Below the pieces are notes generated by a model, which did no database searches, was not told the DNA's origin, and saw nothing but the letters and a program-made list of their open reading frames with translations. DNA of 64,000 nt from positions 45,322,001 to 45,386,000 of the forward strand of contig OZ076418.1 in NCBI GenBank assembly GCA_964187785.1. Reading direction: 5' to 3'. Shown one piece after another: positions 61,090 to 64,000 of the stretch (the stretch's first letter is position 1; every line of letters begins with the position of its first letter). This DNA comes from Amphiscolops sp. MND2022. Its lineage: Eukaryota. Position numbers and translations under genes: made by a program.

Positions 61090-61383
61090 TGTTCCAGCTT
61101 TTGGCCGAAGAAGCGGGAAGGATCAGGGACCGGCAGAAAGCTCAATTCCGCTGTAAGATTTGAGCGGCCGTTGCACCTGCTGAGAAATGTAGTTCCGAAT
61201 CAGAAAACACGCACTAAAGTTCATACTAACACACGCACTAAAGATCATACAGTACAGTTGCTATTCTTATTACGTAATACTTCAAGGTGTTTCTAACTGC
61301 AATTTCCTGAATTCAGCCTCATCTACATAATTCTACACATTGCTCGTTTAATATCAGTTATCACCAAATCTAATCGAGAACAA

Positions 61384-62272
61384 ATGCTGTCGTCACAAGC
61401 ATATAAAGCCCTATCCAAAGCTGATTTATACCAAGTCTCTGTGGACCTCTACAAGAAAAATGAAGAGAAAGACGAGGTCATCAAGCAAAACGTCATAGCA
61501 ACCAGCAACTTCATCTCGAAAGCATCAATGAACAGCCAACTGGAAACATCAGGTAGAACAACTCAAGCTAAAACGATAGAGAGTTTAAATGCTTCCCTAT
61601 CAAAAACAAACAGAAAAACTTGGTCATTGGTAGCAGCTTAAGGAAAAACCTTGTTTGGGATCATGCAATTCCTCAGGATATCGAAAAAAATGCCTATCGA
61701 GGATCAAATACTTTAGGGAAAAATGGAAGGACTGAAACAGTTACCTGAAACAAAACTGAAAACTGTAATCCCCCAGGACGAAACTAACGCCCTATTAAAA
61801 GATTGTGAAAACGACGTCGCAGAAGTGTTCAACAATTACATTAATCTGGTTCAAGCAGTTGACGGAAAGTTCAACCCTGACAAATTAGTGCTGATGCAAA
61901 TACCACCACACCAGGTACCATACCGCAAACGAAAAAATCACAAAATTCAACCAAAAACTATCCAATTATCTGAATTGTCCAGCGGTCAAAAAGAATGTAC
62001 AGCTGATGCCATTGCATGAAGTTATGACTACTCTACCGGATTACAAATCTTTGCTCTATGACAACGTCCACTTTAGCAATCTCTGTGGTCTACTTTTTCT
62101 GCAAAATTTAATGCTTTCTTATTTACTCCAAACATCTAACAGCATTACTATATATTCATCAAAGCCTTATAGAAGTGAGAAGTATCAGAATAAAAACTGG
62201 AGACAAAGCAACAATTATATGCGTGCTAATACTTATGGTACGAATTACTATCTTCAGGTGTTTTTAATTTAA
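61384..62272 (+). pseudogene. LINE ORF1-like remnant with SGNH/GDSL esterase-like domain
   Basis: Consecutive broken ORFs: coiled-coil part, VIPQDETNALL..KLVLMQIPP, then YDNVHFS..G, resembling SGNH blocks III and V. Lies upstream of an APE ORF. Confidence 0.6.
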
Positions 62273-62499
62273 AATATTATGTCCTCAGAATCAGACAGCC
62301 TGAGGATATCTGAAGTTGAAAATAATTCTGATCTGTATTCTTCTTGCAGCATCGAAATTCCCTCCTAGGTTGTCCGATTCTATCCATATTGTATATCAAG
62401 CTTGTGTTGTCTTTTTTAGTCGGCGTTTTTGAAGAAAATTCACGACTTCTTCAGTGGCTGGTTTTTTTGTCAGTTCAACTCGATCGGTCCACTTTTTTT

Positions 62500-62878
62500 C
62501 TGTTCTGGTGTCTGAGAAGCAGGAGATCGTGGGTTCGATCCTCGCACTAAATCACAAATTTTTTATGCTTCAAAAGTATAGTGGAGACCAAAGGATCCCC
62601 CTTTGAGGTTTTTTCGGAAGTATGCGACAATTTCCCGAAAAGTTTTGAACTTTATCAATGCGTACTCCCTTGAATTTTTTGAAAGTTTTGGTTTGTAAAA
62701 AAACGATTATTGAGCCTAAAGGGTCTCTATTTGGGTTTTTCAACAATATGCGCCTTTTTTACCAAAGACTTTTTCTTGAAAAAATATATACTTTTTTCGA
62801 AATGCTTTCAATTGTTGCTCGTTGAAAATTTTTGAGCCTTAGATATGAAGCCGACTTGGGCTGTTTCCGGCTTGCTAT
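62500..62878 (+). repeat. SINE-like family copy with tRNA-like head
   Basis: B-box GGTTCGATCC at 62532..62541, then the family body and the gccttagatatgaagccgacttggg tail. Confidence 0.6.
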
Positions 62879-62889
62879 TGATTTAGGTG

Positions 62890-64000
62890 CCTCAACAACA
62901 GAGATTGCTAACAGGATGAAAAGATGGAATTTTAAAACGGGAAAAACAAAAAGTAGAGATATACATCGACAACGTTTGTTACTTTGTGGTGATAGTGAAT
63001 TGAATCCTGGTCCAGTCAGAAACTATAAAGATATCACGAATGTATACAGCCACTACAACAAGAAGCTGAAGTTTTTCCATGTTAACTGCCAGAGTATGGT
63101 GAAAAAACAACAAGTGGAACCCATCATCCAAGATCTTGGGAACAATTGTGTATAAGGATTCACGTCGGAGCAAAAGAAATGCGTAGGCGGGGTAATGCTC
63201 GTTGTTTCGAAAATTTTGAATTCGAAGTTACGTAAAGTTTTGAATCATACAAATCCCATCAATTTCATCAATTTTGAGAGCATGTGGATTGAGTGTAATA
63301 TTAGTAGTGATCTTAACATCAGGAAAAAGCAACTCATTAAGATCAGCTACAATCCCTCTGAAAACTTTTGGATTCCTTTCTTGAAGAATTATCGACAAGC
63401 ATTGATTACGCTATAGCTGAAAACAAACCAATGACGCTCATGGGTGACTATAATATAGATTACATATATTATCTCAATAATAAAGAAGAACAATACATTG
63501 ATACAATTAATGTACCATATGGCCTAAACATTGTCAATAGGGAGTTTCCGACAAGTGTTCATGGAAAAAGTAAATCATTACTGGACTATATTATTACTGA
63601 CCCACCTGGATCAGTCAATTTTGAATTCTATGTATCAGATACACTATTAAGGGAGAGCATGTAGACTACTTTAAAATTTCAATAATTAGCAATTTATTCT
63701 TGCATCAACCTCGCATCATTATAATCTTGCATCAACCGAGGTGCCTGCACGCTGAAAGATTGTTTGAATATCTTAGCTGAACCCTCAAGTGATCTCGTAA
63801 ACTTTTATTGAGGAAGGTAGATTTTTAAATCACCTCAAACAGGCCTATGTATTTCCGATATACAAGAAAGGTGATTTTGAAGATCCAAATAAATATCGAC
63901 CCATAACTATTACAGCTGCACTTCTGCTGGGAGAACAAACAAATCTTGAGTCAAACAAATTGCTAACACAACGACAATTCGGTTTTCGAAGTATTTGTTC
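62890..64000 (+). pseudogene. CR1/L2-type LINE ORF2 remnant (2A-like motif, AP endonuclease, start of RT)
   Basis: LLLCGDSELNPGP; FFHVNCQS, GGVML, ESMWIE, LMGDYNID, SLLDYII; then KKGD..PNKYRPI and QFGFR. Confidence 0.85.

Larger units (their letters stand above)
52728..61175 (+). mobile_element. BEL/Pao LTR retrotransposon, degraded
   Basis: LTRs 52728..53698 and 60161..about 61089; PBS TGGTCCGCCGACCCGG; PPT GAGAGAAAACAGGGCCGGCGA; CCTGC at 52723..52727 and 61176..61180. Right end is uncertain. Confidence 0.9.

Noticed and set aside
62510-62550. tRNA gene
   Set aside because: Only a B-box-like arm; no full cloverleaf could be built.

Overview
Repeat-dense eukaryotic (probably marine invertebrate) genomic DNA. 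About 60% is LTR retrotransposon. Gypsy-1 is full length and young (28..15575, minus strand, 937-bp LTRs about 99% identical, CTTAC TSD). Gypsy-2 is full length (35152..40563). Gypsy-3 is degraded (about 46340..52727), and a BEL/Pao element (52728..about 61175) sits in its apparent 5' LTR. The rest holds a multi-exon host gene for an extracellular FN3-type protein (15720..26977), a CACTA/EnSpm-like TIR element carrying a 428-bp satellite and a CRE-type RT fragment, several MITEs and SINE-like repeats, and the 5' part of a CR1/L2-type LINE with an SGNH-like ORF1 and a 2A-like motif. The standout is in Gypsy-1. Between pol and the 3' LTR there is no env. Instead, short plus-strand ORFs join through phase-matched GT-AG introns into one antisense gene of about 1100 aa (1988..6280). 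By eye its product resembles a catalytically degenerate hAT transposase with a BED-like finger. All family calls are from motifs read by eye; no searches were run.
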